A DNA stretch of 64,000 bases from Bacteroidia bacterium (GTDB lineage Bacteria; Bacteroidota; Bacteroidia; NS11-12g; UBA9320). The stretch spans positions 319,020 to 383,019 of the forward strand of contig CBDCFW010000001.1 of the NCBI GenBank assembly GCA_965216465.1, given 5' to 3'. Each line of letters opens with the position of its first letter. Within the stretch, counting starts at the first letter, position 1. Positions 41,412 to 51,101 of the stretch are shown here, piece after piece. The notes below the pieces were generated by a model. It was not told the DNA's origin. It ran no database searches and saw nothing but the letters and a program-made list of their open reading frames with translations. Both the position numbers and the translations under genes were made by a program.

Positions 41412-41873
41412 ATGAAAAACGGATTACTCACGCTGTTAGCCGTATTGGTTGCTACGGTGTCTCAAGCTCAGAAAGTAAAAATTAAGAAAGGAACTGTTTT
41501 GGTTGACGACGTTGAATATGCACAATGGACCAAAGATGACATAGTTCCTTTAAATAGGAATGTGAAAAACACGAACGGCGATGTTCTTCTAGTTGCTGTA
41601 TTAAAGTCGTATACCGATCCAGCTGAAGTTAGTCAAAGCAATCCCAAAGGAACGGTGAGTTATTATGAAATTACAGAACCCGAATCTGGTGGCGTTTATT
41701 TCGAGTTTCAAGGCTTCCCAAAACAACTTTTCAAATCATTGTATAACGGCAAAGCTATTAATGACGATGGGAGTCTCAACATGCAAAATTTAAAAAAGAT
41801 TGCTACTCGTTATGGTCATGAGTTTTCTCGCAAACGAGGCGAGAGACCCCAAATTATTATCATCAAAGATTAG
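41412..41873 (+). CDS. Hypothetical exported protein
   Basis: Signal peptide MKNGLLTLLAVLVATVSQA-QKVKIKK. Confidence 0.7.
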   Translation: MKNGLLTLLAVLVATVSQAQKVKIKKGTVLVDDVEYAQWTKDDIVPLNRNVKNTNGDVLLVAVLKSYTDPAEVSQSNPKGTVSYYEITEPESGGVYFEFQGFPKQLFKSLYNGKAINDDGSLNMQNLKKIATRYGHEFSRKRGERPQIIIIKD

Positions 41874-42826
41874 TAGAACTTCATCATCTGCTTGGCAAAT
41901 TTGGACTTAAACATATCCATGCCTTTAATCAAGGATGTGTTTAGGAATAAATTAAAACGAGGAAGATCATTTTCGTCGGTTAACGGGTGAGCATATTGCA
42001 ATCCGAAGTACATTTTATTGTACCTAAACCCTACCGATGCTGAAAGATCTTGCACTTCATTCTCCATGGTATAAGCAGCACCAATATTGAATTTTTCTGT
42101 GCTTATATCGAGTCCAGCCTTGGTATAGAAATCGTCTGGAGTATACACCGCTAAAGCAGAAGGAAATAAAGTTATTTTAGGTCCTAGATCTAAGAATCCT
42201 CCTACTACTAAATTTCCAGTAAAAGGAAGATTACGTGCTTCACCTTTAACCAAAGATACATTTTGCTTTATCAGATTTTCGACACTAACTCCCATTATGA
42301 AATCTTTATAGGCCATACTTCCACCAAGCTCGATATTGAAATAATCGAGATTGTCTGCAATATCATCTAGCTTTGGAACTGAACGAACTTCTCCATTAAG
42401 GTCAATAAATTGATAGCCAGCTGTGCTATCAAATCCAGCTTTAATGAAGCTCCTTTGATGCAATTGCAAACTACCACCGTACCTCCATTCAATCTGTTTT
42501 TTATTCTTGTCTAATTTGTCTGCTTTTATGGTTCTTCCGTAGGTTATGTTAAACATATTGTTATCAATATCACCCGTAGTAAGACGTTCAAAACCGATCA
42601 TATAGTTACCCAGTTTAAATGGGATTCTACCCTCTAACATGAGTTGATAATTGCTGTTGGCATCAGCATCGGCAAGAACTTTAATTAGATTTTCCTGAAT
42701 GCCCGCTAGTGAAGGGTTTATCTTACCTGGTTGTCGAATATCCTTCCCACTTCTTAACTCTAAATTTTGAGCTTGAACTATGGTTCCGAGCCCAATCAAT
42801 CCGCAAATCATCAACAGTTTTTTCAT
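41870..42826 (-). CDS. PorP/SprF-like T9SS outer-membrane protein (divergent)
   Basis: Signal peptide. INPSLAG resembles the family's INPA.AG motif. Amphipathic strands GVSVENL, TLFPSAL, NIGAAY and SVGFRY. Confidence 0.6.
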   Translation of the reverse strand: MKKLLMICGLIGLGTIVQAQNLELRSGKDIRQPGKINPSLAGIQENLIKVLADADANSNYQLMLEGRIPFKLGNYMIGFERLTTGDIDNNMFNITYGRTIKADKLDKNKKQIEWRYGGSLQLHQRSFIKAGFDSTAGYQFIDLNGEVRSVPKLDDIADNLDYFNIELGGSMAYKDFIMGVSVENLIKQNVSLVKGEARNLPFTGNLVVGGFLDLGPKITLFPSALAVYTPDDFYTKAGLDISTEKFNIGAAYTMENEVQDLSASVGFRYNKMYFGLQYAHPLTDENDLPRFNLFLNTSLIKGMDMFKSKFAKQMMKFY

Positions 42827-42924
42827 GCCAACAAAAATTCAATAAATATGCCAAAGATTTCTACTGATTTATTATTTGGGGATAAATACAAAATCATTTA
42901 CTGTTTAATTTACCTTTGCACACC

Positions 42925-44334
42925 GTGTTCGAAAAAGAGCTTTCTCATCCTATATTTCAAATTGTTTCAGAAGAATCTTCAAAGCTTGGCTTTCAAAGTT
43001 TCGTGGTCGGCGGTTATGTGCGAGACATCTACCTAGAACGCAATTCAAAGGATGTAGATTTTGTAACAGTAGGCAGTGGAATTCAACTCGCAAGAGCTGT
43101 AGCAAGTCGATTAAACAAGGCCTATTTGAGCGTCTTTAAAAACTTTGGAACAGCCCAAATTAAAACCGATGATTGGGAGTTTGAATTTGTTGGTGCACGA
43201 AAAGAGTCGTACGATCGAAAAAGCAGGAAACCCAAAGTTGAAGATGGAACTTTTCTCGACGATATTAATCGAAGAGACTTCACAATTAATACTTTGGCCA
43301 TAAGCCTAGATCCAGATTCATATGGTGAGCTCGTTGACACATTTGATGGACTGACTGACCTTAAAGAAGGAATAATAAAAACTCCTCTTGACCCGAAAAT
43401 CACATTTAGCGATGACCCATTACGCATGATGCGTGCAATACGATTTGCTACCCAACTCAATTTCAAAATTGAAGAATCGACTTTAGAAGCTTTAAAGTCA
43501 GAAGCTAAGCGTCTATCTATTATTTCGCAAGAGAGGATAACCGATGAGCTTCAAAAAATAATGGCTTGTGATAAGCCAAGTATTGGGTACAAGCTTTTAT
43601 TCAATACCAAGCTGCTGCACGAGTTCTTTCCAGAGCTTGTTGCACTTCAAGGTGTTGAAATAAAAGAAGGAAAAGGTCATAAAGATAATTTTTATCACAC
43701 CTTACAAGTTTTGGATCAGACCTGCGATAAAACGAATGACATCTGGGTGCGGTGGTCTGCTGTTATGCATGACATTGCCAAACCGCCAACAAAGAGATTT
43801 GTTAAAGGAGAAGGTTGGACATTTCATGGTCACGAAGACAAAGGATCTAGAATGGTTCGTCCAATATTCAAACGCCTCAAGCTTCCTCTAGGTGAGCCTA
43901 TGCGAAGGGTTATAAACTTGGTTAAGCTTCACTTACGCCCCATTGCTTTGACTAAGGAAAACATCACAGATTCAGCAATTAGAAGATTAATTTTTGATGC
44001 TGGTGACGACTTAGAAGACCTAATGATTCTTTGCAAGAGCGACATCACAACAAAGAATAAAGAGAAAGAAAAGCGATTTCAGGCCAATTTAATCATGGTA
44101 GAGCAACAGATTGAGCAAGTAGAAGAACGTGATCGAATTCGAAATTGGCAACCAGTTATTGATGGAAACGAAATCATGAAGATATTTAAAATTGGTGCTG
44201 GAAGAGAAATTGGTATTATTAAGAATGCTCTGAAGGATGCAATCCTCGACGGTAAAATTTCTAATAATTACGATGAGGCATATAAATTTGTAATTGAAAA
44301 AGGAAAAACAATAGGTTTGCAAAGCAATGAGTAG
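42925..44334 (+). CDS. cca: CCA-adding tRNA nucleotidyltransferase with HD domain
   Basis: VVGGYVRD, KDVDF, ARKESY, RRDFTINT, DDPLRMMRAIRFA, HDIAKP and FHGHE. GTG 42925 follows TACCTTTG (42911-42918). Confidence 0.9.
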   Translation: MFEKELSHPIFQIVSEESSKLGFQSFVVGGYVRDIYLERNSKDVDFVTVGSGIQLARAVASRLNKAYLSVFKNFGTAQIKTDDWEFEFVGARKESYDRKSRKPKVEDGTFLDDINRRDFTINTLAISLDPDSYGELVDTFDGLTDLKEGIIKTPLDPKITFSDDPLRMMRAIRFATQLNFKIEESTLEALKSEAKRLSIISQERITDELQKIMACDKPSIGYKLLFNTKLLHEFFPELVALQGVEIKEGKGHKDNFYHTLQVLDQTCDKTNDIWVRWSAVMHDIAKPPTKRFVKGEGWTFHGHEDKGSRMVRPIFKRLKLPLGEPMRRVINLVKLHLRPIALTKENITDSAIRRLIFDAGDDLEDLMILCKSDITTKNKEKEKRFQANLIMVEQQIEQVEERDRIRNWQPVIDGNEIMKIFKIGAGREIGIIKNALKDAILDGKISNNYDEAYKFVIEKGKTIGLQSNE

Positions 44335-44938
44335 TTTGGTTTTTAGATTTAAAGTGACTTTTGAAGACGTAGATGATGTAGAGCGTATAATTGATGTAGG
44401 CTCGAAGAACACATTTAGAGATTTTCATGAAGCAATTCAAGATGCTATCAATTTTGATAAGATTAAAACTGCATCTTTTTACAAAACCAATGATAATTGG
44501 AGACCAGGGGAAGAGTTTTGCACTGAGCCAAAGCCAAATGCAAAGGCAGCTGGAGCTTCTGAGCTGGGCAAGTTTATTGATGACCCTCATCAGAAATTTC
44601 TGTACGAGTATGACGCGGACAATGGAAACTGGCACCTCCGAACCGAAGTTATTCGCTTGTTTAAAGCTGAACCAGGAAAGGAGTATCCACATCTCGTAAA
44701 AAGCATTGGAGCAGCACCGAAACAATTTGTAAATCCTAAGGAAATTATCGACGACCCAAGTGCCAAACTATTTAAAGAGGCAGATGAACTCATCGAAGGA
44801 TTAACCGATGAGTTAGATGATGATGAAGACGAGGAAGATGAGGAGGAAGACGAAAAAGAAGACTTTAATCTATTTGGAGATGATATCGATGAATCTGAAA
44901 TAGACGAATCTCAAATTAATGACGGAGCACCCGAATAA
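44327..44938 (+). CDS. pRiA4b ORF3 / IS1096-passenger TnpR-like family protein with acidic tail
   Basis: RIIDV...TFRDFHEAIQDAINFD...ASFY...W...KFLYEYD...W. D/E-rich C-terminus. Confidence 0.75.
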   Translation: MSSLVFRFKVTFEDVDDVERIIDVGSKNTFRDFHEAIQDAINFDKIKTASFYKTNDNWRPGEEFCTEPKPNAKAAGASELGKFIDDPHQKFLYEYDADNGNWHLRTEVIRLFKAEPGKEYPHLVKSIGAAPKQFVNPKEIIDDPSAKLFKEADELIEGLTDELDDDEDEEDEEEDEKEDFNLFGDDIDESEIDESQINDGAPE

Positions 44939-45791
44939 ACTGATTGTTATTGCAGGCCCAACTGCAATAGGAAAAACATCATTTGCTATCGAGGTAGCTC
45001 AACACTTCAACACTGAAATAATTTCATGCGATTCTCGCCAGCTATATAAAGAGCTAGAAATTGGAGTCGCAAGACCCTCTGAACAAGAATTAAATTTGGT
45101 CAAGCATCATTTTATCGCATCGCATTCTATACACAACGACTATAATGCTGGTAAATACGAGATTGAATGTAATGCCTTGCTGCATGAACTCTTCAAAACA
45201 AAGAAAGTCGTAGTTATGACGGGTGGCACAGGCTTATATATTAAGGCTGCTACAGTTGGCTTAGATGCTTTACCAGGCAAGAATGATGAGCTTAGAAAAG
45301 AACTTCAATTTATCTTAGACCAAAAAGGAATCGATGCACTGCAAGAAAAAGCCAAAGAGGCAGGTGTAAAACTTGATAAAACTGAACATCAAAACCCACA
45401 ACGACTAATGCGACAAATTGAGATTGCTTGTGGTGAAGTAAGTCAAAAGCCGGTAATCGATCGTCAGTATTCTACGTCGTATTTTTATCTTGACCGCGAT
45501 CGAGAAGAATTGTATAACAGAATTAATCTTCGTGTTGATCAGATGATTGACGAAGGACTTATTGAAGAGGCTAAAAGCCTACACCAACATACACCACTAA
45601 ATGCTTTGGAAACAGTTGGCTACAAAGAATTATTTGGCCATTTTGAAGGAGAAATTAGTCTTGAAACTGCAATTGAAAAGATTAAAAAAAATTCAAGAAA
45701 TTACGCCAAAAGACAGCTCACATGGTTTAGAAACCAAGGTGATTATCAACGTATTAGTCCCTCGTTAAATGAGGTGTTAGACAGAATTTAA
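44919..45791 (+). CDS. miaA: tRNA dimethylallyltransferase
   Basis: IAGPTAIGKT, ISCDSRQLY, GGTGLYIKA, TVGYKE and RNYAKRQLTWFR. Confidence 0.97.
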   Translation: MTEHPNKLIVIAGPTAIGKTSFAIEVAQHFNTEIISCDSRQLYKELEIGVARPSEQELNLVKHHFIASHSIHNDYNAGKYEIECNALLHELFKTKKVVVMTGGTGLYIKAATVGLDALPGKNDELRKELQFILDQKGIDALQEKAKEAGVKLDKTEHQNPQRLMRQIEIACGEVSQKPVIDRQYSTSYFYLDRDREELYNRINLRVDQMIDEGLIEEAKSLHQHTPLNALETVGYKELFGHFEGEISLETAIEKIKKNSRNYAKRQLTWFRNQGDYQRISPSLNEVLDRI

Positions 45792-46268
45792 TTACTTCAC
45801 TTCAAAGAGCTCAATATCAAAAACGAGCACTTCATTTTTCCCAATTGTACTTCCTGGGGGTGGACTTGATCCATAAGCCAAATGTGAAGGAATTATAAGC
45901 TTTCCACTTCCCCCCTCTTTGAATAAAGGTATGCCTATCTGCCAGCCTCTAATAACATTAGCAAGCGGGAAAGTAATCTTTTCACCTCGGTCGTAGGATG
46001 AATCAAAAATGTCTCCATTCAACTTATATCCAGCGTAGTGCACCGTTACCTCACTATTAATGTCAGGATGAACACCTGTACCCGGAACGCTGATTATATA
46101 ATATAAGCCTTCATCCGTTACCTCTGCCGTAAGGTTGTTGTCTTCAAGATAGTCTTCAATCTGCAATCGATCTTTTTCAACTTGCTCTTTACAACCCGTC
46201 ACAGACATCAACCCGAGACAAATTAACAAGATGAAGCTCTTATTTATTTTATTCAAATTAATCACCAT
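45792..46268 (-). CDS. FKBP-type peptidyl-prolyl isomerase lipoprotein
   Basis: Lipobox VTGC, VHYAG, FDSS, VIRGWQIG, IPSHLAYG and LVFDIEL. Confidence 0.92.
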   Translation of the reverse strand: MVINLNKINKSFILLICLGLMSVTGCKEQVEKDRLQIEDYLEDNNLTAEVTDEGLYYIISVPGTGVHPDINSEVTVHYAGYKLNGDIFDSSYDRGEKITFPLANVIRGWQIGIPLFKEGGSGKLIIPSHLAYGSSPPPGSTIGKNEVLVFDIELFEVK

Positions 46269-47634
46269 ATTTCTCTTCCCATTTCTTTCTTCCAAAGGTA
46301 TGATTCCATCCGAATCTTACAGTTAACGATTTAACATTTCCAGTTGCAGCTCCTATAACATTATCACTCACAACATAAAACTGTTCAGGGCCTAGGTTTA
46401 CGCTAGTTCCCAATCCTAAGTTTGAAAAACTTCCTCTCATGATGGTATAACTAGCACTTAAAGCTAACTTTCTACCAAACTTAGAATTCCAAGATAAGGT
46501 AAACGCTGGATAAAAATCTCTATTGTAAAAGCTCCCGTAAAAAAGAACTCCAACATTGTGTTTTTCTGTGATATTCAAATTACCTCCAAGGTAAAACTCA
46601 CCTAACAAGCCTGTTGTAAACGACTCACTTACTGTATCCAATGCAAATGCGTCCATCAATGAATCGCTTATTTCTTGTAGGCTTGCAGCAATGTCTAAAG
46701 TGTCGTACAGGTAATCATTAATATCAATTCCTTTAAATTCAAAAGTTGCTCCGGGGTCAATCGATTTAGTTACACGCGTATTTTCATTCCATTTTATCTG
46801 CCCGAGGTCTATAATGCTTGCATGTACGGTGATGGCATCAGTCAATTCCATGCTTGCTCCTAAGTCAATTCCCCATCCCTTGTTATCCGCTCCAAACAAG
46901 ACACGTTCTGCAGGTGGAACATTTAGGCTGTCAAGTGGCAAATATGAAGATGCAATATTTAATTGAAGATCTGATTGAAGGTTCCAAGTAAAGTCATCTT
47001 CAGCCGTAGTAAATCTCAAATCATTTTTGGCAGTGTTTATGGAGCTTAGCCCATAAATATACTTCAATCTCCCTCCAACCTTGAGTTTTTGATCCATCAA
47101 ACTACGTTGATATCCAACCGCAAATTCACGGGTATGTAAAACATCAAACCCCCAATCAAATTTGAATTCTCTGCCTAGATTAGGACCACCATTTCCTTCA
47201 AAAATGAAAGACAAAAAGTCTTGCGGAATGACCACTCTGGTTTTAACCTTTTCAGAAATATTAAATGAAACGAAGTTGTCTCCACCAAGTCGGAAACCAA
47301 AGTTGATCCAGTCTTGGTTAAGTCCCATGTTGATGTATGTTTTCTGATCGAAGATGTTAGCAAGACGGGGAATATCTAAAGTGAACGAATCTCCACCCGG
47401 AGACGGCACTAAGGCATTTCCAAACTCTCGTAGTTTCAACCCATTACTTGACAAATTCAAATCAATGGAAGAGATTGCTGGCATACCAAAGTACCACTGG
47501 CAATCTGGATCTAGAGCTGGATTAACTTGAAGACGTTGTGGCAACGGCTTCATGTTATACATTGTTAAGTTATTCTGTGCAAATGAGCTTCCAAATGCAA
47601 TAACTAGGCTTAGAATCAATACAATGCGTTTCAT
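46258..47634 (-). CDS. DUF5723-like outer-membrane beta-barrel protein
   Basis: Signal peptide, LQVNPA, WINFGFR, VGGRLKYIYG, GWGIDLGAS, SIIDLGQIKW, QFYVVSDN and C-terminal RFGWNHTF. Confidence 0.75.
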   Translation of the reverse strand: MKRIVLILSLVIAFGSSFAQNNLTMYNMKPLPQRLQVNPALDPDCQWYFGMPAISSIDLNLSSNGLKLREFGNALVPSPGGDSFTLDIPRLANIFDQKTYINMGLNQDWINFGFRLGGDNFVSFNISEKVKTRVVIPQDFLSFIFEGNGGPNLGREFKFDWGFDVLHTREFAVGYQRSLMDQKLKVGGRLKYIYGLSSINTAKNDLRFTTAEDDFTWNLQSDLQLNIASSYLPLDSLNVPPAERVLFGADNKGWGIDLGASMELTDAITVHASIIDLGQIKWNENTRVTKSIDPGATFEFKGIDINDYLYDTLDIAASLQEISDSLMDAFALDTVSESFTTGLLGEFYLGGNLNITEKHNVGVLFYGSFYNRDFYPAFTLSWNSKFGRKLALSASYTIMRGSFSNLGLGTSVNLGPEQFYVVSDNVIGAATGNVKSLTVRFGWNHTFGRKKWEEKYGD

Positions 47635-47636
47635 AT

Positions 47637-49250
47637 TTATCTGCCCTCCGTTAAGTTTAACTTAGCTTGCATACCCAGTTGCAGCAATATCTCGTACTCT
47701 TTGAAAATCTTGACATCGGGTTGAGACCCAGATACCGTTGTAGTCTGCAGTTCTGCCACCATACGTGTTCGATTTGCCATCCGTAGTTGGTCCATTCGAT
47801 CTGCATCAACCAGCACATCCATTGTTTTTGGATTTACACTAATCACTTTCCCATTACCATCTATATTACCGGACGGTAGAATTAAATCATCATCAACAAA
47901 AAGCGAATCAATAATGGTATTTGAGATGCTATCTTCAAAGTAAATTTGGATTGAAGCATCAATAGGGAATCCATTTTCTGTATGAATTCTAAACAGTACT
48001 TCTTCAATACTTTCGTTGTCTTCAACGTCCATTTCAAAATCTGATTCGCTTTGAATTTTGTATCCATTTGCCGTGCCGTAAAAAGGAAGCACAATTTCAG
48101 CATCCACCTCTATGCGCGAGGTATCAATAAACCAATTTCGAATTGAAGGTCCCGCTGGATTAGTGACGATCATCACATCAAAGTTGTTTGTGTTAGGCTT
48201 GTTGTTCACATAATCAACAATGTTACTATTGTCTTTATCCAATTCAAATGAATCGTGCAACATCATTCCTTTTTGTGCTATATCTGGTGTTGGAATTGGC
48301 AAAGGACTTGGATAACCTGTAAGGCTAACCGTGTTGTTCTCTTTGCTTATTCCATCAAATTGCGTAATTGTTGCGTCTATATCAATACCCATCGAATTAC
48401 CAAAAATCATCTTTACGCTAGGGTCGGCAATTGTAAAATTCCCTGCGTTCTCACCTTCATAAACATTTACCTTAATATCCTCTCCACCGTTAGAGAGGTC
48501 AAGGCTATTAAAAAAACCATGTATTTCTCTGAACTGCTGATTTATGAAATTAAAATCGATATCTATAGTTTCTGTAGGTCCAATTGGATTATTGCCTTGT
48601 TTAGTTAGCGTTATTTCGAATTCTAACTTAAGTTCTGAATGACCTTGTCCTGTTTGAGTGAAATCTACATCATAACCATCTAAACCTATCATTGTTGAAC
48701 CTAATACTGGAGTAGATCCAGCGTAGTTAACTGCAAGACCTTGATTGAAACTTACTCCTTGAATAGCAGCATCTGGAACTTTTATACGAACAAGTACATT
48801 GTGCTGCAAGGTAGAGCTTACATTGAATTGAATATCTCCACCTTTAAACAAGATTCGATCTACCTCATTGCCGCTGTAGTTAAGGCTTATATCTCGGGTA
48901 TAATTTATATTCACCTGACCTGCACTATTAAGCAAGGCCAATTGAGCATTGTTTAAATTTATTACCTCGTTCATCGATTGATCTTCGAGGGGTATTACTT
49001 CTTCAGCACTTTTCGAATAGATTTGATCGGCATAGAATGCGGTAAGACTTCCATCGTCTTCAATGCGAATAAATTTTGCAGATTCAGCTGTGTCTAAAAT
49101 GCGTAGGTGCGAGTACACCAAGGGTATAGCCAACTCTGGGCTCCATGTTACGCTATTGATCTTTCTTGTTTTATCGATTGTATCTGTGACTTCTTTGATA
49201 CATGAAGAAAAAAACACCGCAATGATCAGGGGTATCAATAATCTTTTCAT
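47637..49250 (-). CDS. Hypothetical beta-rich lipoprotein
   Basis: Lipobox FSSC and WSPELAIPLV. Ends 2 nt before the DUF5723-like gene. Confidence 0.75.
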   Translation of the reverse strand: MKRLLIPLIIAVFFSSCIKEVTDTIDKTRKINSVTWSPELAIPLVYSHLRILDTAESAKFIRIEDDGSLTAFYADQIYSKSAEEVIPLEDQSMNEVINLNNAQLALLNSAGQVNINYTRDISLNYSGNEVDRILFKGGDIQFNVSSTLQHNVLVRIKVPDAAIQGVSFNQGLAVNYAGSTPVLGSTMIGLDGYDVDFTQTGQGHSELKLEFEITLTKQGNNPIGPTETIDIDFNFINQQFREIHGFFNSLDLSNGGEDIKVNVYEGENAGNFTIADPSVKMIFGNSMGIDIDATITQFDGISKENNTVSLTGYPSPLPIPTPDIAQKGMMLHDSFELDKDNSNIVDYVNNKPNTNNFDVMIVTNPAGPSIRNWFIDTSRIEVDAEIVLPFYGTANGYKIQSESDFEMDVEDNESIEEVLFRIHTENGFPIDASIQIYFEDSISNTIIDSLFVDDDLILPSGNIDGNGKVISVNPKTMDVLVDADRMDQLRMANRTRMVAELQTTTVSGSQPDVKIFKEYEILLQLGMQAKLNLTEGR

Positions 49251-49269
49251 AAATAGTTACATTTGATTG

Positions 49270-49674
49270 ATGAACAAAGGTACAAGTTATAAGCAAAAGT
49301 TAATCACTTGGATTGGACTGGGTGGACTGATATGTGCACTCTATGTCATTCTCGGTGCTTTTGGAGCACATGGACTAGAATCGAAGCTCGACGCCAAGAA
49401 TATGGAAACTTATCAAACCGCGGTGAGATATATGATCATTCACGGCTTAGGAATGATCGTGATTAATTTAGCTTTCTTTTCGTTACACAAATTTAACAAA
49501 TGGGTGAATTGGCTGATGGTATCGGGATTGCTATTGTTTTCAGGAAGTTTGCTTGTACACGCAACCCGAGAACTTTTAGGATTGAATATTGATGTATTTG
49601 CAATGTTGGCTCCAATAGGTGGCTTATGTTTTGTGTTTTCATGGTTAGTTTTTGTTCGAACGATAACTAAATAA
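49270..49674 (+). CDS. DUF423 (YgdD/TMEM256) membrane protein
   Basis: LGAFGAHGL, TAVRY..IH, LFSGSL and APIGG. Confidence 0.88.
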   Translation: MNKGTSYKQKLITWIGLGGLICALYVILGAFGAHGLESKLDAKNMETYQTAVRYMIIHGLGMIVINLAFFSLHKFNKWVNWLMVSGLLLFSGSLLVHATRELLGLNIDVFAMLAPIGGLCFVFSWLVFVRTITK

Positions 49675-49677
49675 ACA

Positions 49678-50163
49678 ATGAAGCAGATTATTTTAATGAG
49701 GCATGCCAAATCGAGCTGGGACGATTACACTTTATCAGACCGCGAACGTCCCTTAAACAAGAGAGGAAGACGTGATGCTCCTGCAATGGCAGAAATCATT
49801 AAACAAAAAGGGATTGTTCCTTATGAGATTTATTCTTCAGATTCTGAACGAACTAAGGAAACTTCAACACACCTGATTGAAGCTCTTCCAAAAGCACATA
49901 TTACCTATACGCGAGAATTGTATCATGCCTCAGCCCGTAACATATTGAGCTACATTAAAGGGATAAAGTCAAATGCAAGTTGCATTATGATTTTAGCACA
50001 CAATCCTGGCATTACTGAGGCATTTAGATTATTAGGTAATGTAAGTGTAGACAACGTTCCAACTTCTGGAATTGGATGTTTTTCATTCAACTGTAAATCG
50101 TTTCGAGAAATAAATGAATTTGATGGGGACTTAGAGTATTTTGTTTACCCCAAAATGCTCTAG
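49678..50163 (+). CDS. SixA-like histidine phosphatase
   Basis: LMRHAKSSW, DRERPLNKRG, RTKET and AHNPG. Confidence 0.9.
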   Translation: MKQIILMRHAKSSWDDYTLSDRERPLNKRGRRDAPAMAEIIKQKGIVPYEIYSSDSERTKETSTHLIEALPKAHITYTRELYHASARNILSYIKGIKSNASCIMILAHNPGITEAFRLLGNVSVDNVPTSGIGCFSFNCKSFREINEFDGDLEYFVYPKML

Positions 50164-51017
50164 TAAGAATGAATAACGGTTTTTCCGTTGATTGTGATAG
50201 CTACAACATTATCACAAGCTTGATCATCAAAAGGATCAAAATCAACAAACACTTCAGATTCTGTAGATGTAAAATCAGCAAACAACTCTCCTTCAACCAC
50301 ATTTTTGGTACAATTTGAAGTGTAGTTCTTTTTTAATGGTGAAGAAGTGTGAAGCAAGGTGGTGCTTGCTGAACCTGACAACTCAACTTCACCCTCAAAA
50401 CTTAACACATCATTTTGAAGTCCAACTCCGTTGTCGGCTACTGTTTTAATAAATAATTCAGCATCTACTTGATTGTATTCGTTATTGAAGTACGTATCGA
50501 GTGCTTTAGCCATACAGATAACATCTTCTAAATCTCGTTCTAGTTTAATTTCACCTATAAACTCAACCATTTGTTGGCCGTCGCCAGAATAAAAATGAGC
50601 ATTCTCTGGAAAAATGATACTCAACTCTGCACCATCAACCTGATAAGGATTGGACAGCATAAGTTTAATATCTCCCGCACGGTATTTCCCATCTTTACAA
50701 AGAACTCCTTGAGGTGTAGAACCAAGCTCACCAAAATGTAAGATTACTTCCAGACCATCTCCATCAGTAAAAACGGTATCTAAAAATTCAATTTTTACTT
50801 CACTGGTAAGGAATGATTCATCACTAACATTCATCAATTCGTGCGACGTTGCCAAATCTTCAATAATGTCAAAAGTTGAGATGATTTCAGACATAACCAC
50901 CAATGAAGACTCAACGGATTCGTTGTTTTCCGTAATCTCAAACATCGTGCGTTCACCACAACCGGAAAACACGAGCATTAATGCCGCAGCTAATATGAGA
51001 ATTTTTGATTTCACCAA
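50160..51017 (-). CDS. Hypothetical lipoprotein
   Basis: Lipobox FSGC, GVLCKDGKYRAG and DFDP...ACDN..ITING. TACTTTTG on the - strand at 51035-51042. Confidence 0.7.
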   Translation of the reverse strand: MVKSKILILAAALMLVFSGCGERTMFEITENNESVESSLVVMSEIISTFDIIEDLATSHELMNVSDESFLTSEVKIEFLDTVFTDGDGLEVILHFGELGSTPQGVLCKDGKYRAGDIKLMLSNPYQVDGAELSIIFPENAHFYSGDGQQMVEFIGEIKLERDLEDVICMAKALDTYFNNEYNQVDAELFIKTVADNGVGLQNDVLSFEGEVELSGSASTTLLHTSSPLKKNYTSNCTKNVVEGELFADFTSTESEVFVDFDPFDDQACDNVVAITINGKTVIHSY

Positions 51018-51101
51018 AACCTAAAACTAGCTTACAAAAGTAGTGTCTCTTAGTAAGAATTGACTTAGCTTTGAGCAATTTTAAAGCAATAATTACATTT
51101 T

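Noticed and set aside
44805-44915. GAN-rich low-complexity tract
   Set aside because: It simply encodes the acidic D/E tail of the protein and is not a regular tandem repeat.
44327-44938. TnpR/pRiA4b ORF3-like gene as evidence of a mobile element
   Set aside because: No transposase, terminal repeats or target duplication. It overlaps cca and miaA in a housekeeping operon.
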